Positions 63,862 to 64,000 of a stretch of 64,000 bases of DNA are shown piece by piece; positions within the stretch are counted from its first letter, which is position 1, and each line of letters starts with the position of its first letter. A program made the position numbers and the translations under genes. Source of the stretch: Podarcis gaigeae (lineage: Eukaryota); the NCBI GenBank assembly GCA_964106915.2, contig OZ066918.1. One strand, 5' to 3'. The notes below the pieces were generated by a model that was not told the DNA's origin, ran no database searches, and saw only the letters and a program-made list of their open reading frames with translations.

Positions 63862-64000
63862 TGTAGCGTTGACCTGAAGTTGGTAGGCCTGCGTAACTTC
63901 GTAATCCAGGGCCCGGATGACTGACACAATGCCACGCCCACTGTCAATGGCAAAGAAGTTGGACGGAGGCTGGAAAGAATACAGCACACTTCCGCCTGCT
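63862..64000 (-). CDS. CDH23: Cadherin-23 coding exon, 5'-truncated by window edge (EC2; approx. human exon 7)
   Basis: Minus strand translates AGGSVLYSFQPPSNFFAIDSGRGIVSVIRALDYEVTQAYQLQVNAT, with the LDYE cadherin motif and close similarity to recalled human CDH23. Ends ACA|gtgagt, phase 0. Confidence 0.97.

Larger units (their letters stand above)
1..64000 (-). other. CDH23: Internal portion of the CDH23 transcription unit; the gene continues beyond both window ends
   Basis: Seven colinear, phase-compatible exons with no start or stop codon. The next expected exon (ATDNDAG...SDDPDR) was not found in 1-13916. Confidence 0.93.

Noticed and set aside
1-64000. Hundreds of 60-150 aa ORFs
   Set aside because: These are expected by chance in intron DNA, and many run through microsatellites or SINEs. 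Only those overlapping CDH23 exons, BovB or L2 carry real coding signal.

Overview
This is vertebrate nuclear DNA, not prokaryotic. The repeat content (Sauria SINEs, BovB, Squam3/POMSINE-like SINEs, Penelope-derived and Tc1/mariner-type MITEs) points to a squamate, probably a lacertid lizard. The whole window lies inside the cadherin-23 gene (CDH23, hair-cell tip-link cadherin) on the minus strand. Seven coding exons with canonical AG/GT boundaries were found: 63862-64000 (partial), 62671-62799, 52378-52456, 38520-38632, 34604-34792, 17956-18105 and 13917-14075. They splice in frame and encode part of EC2, all of EC3 and EC4, and the start of EC5. The rest is intron, containing retroelements, MITEs, microsatellites and several motif-dense non-repeat blocks. 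Nearly all ORFs in the supplied track are spurious. The most interesting leads are: a missing 6-nt microexon with a weak AG-AATCTG-GT candidate; a four-fold AACANNTGGC E-box cluster; a second E-box/SOX cluster; a CTCF/KLF/NF-Y element; a 23-nt frameshifting cryptic exon; and a BovB insertion with a 5' inversion. I found no convincing new protein-coding system. Human and mouse comparisons and repeat-family names come from memory and need database confirmation.
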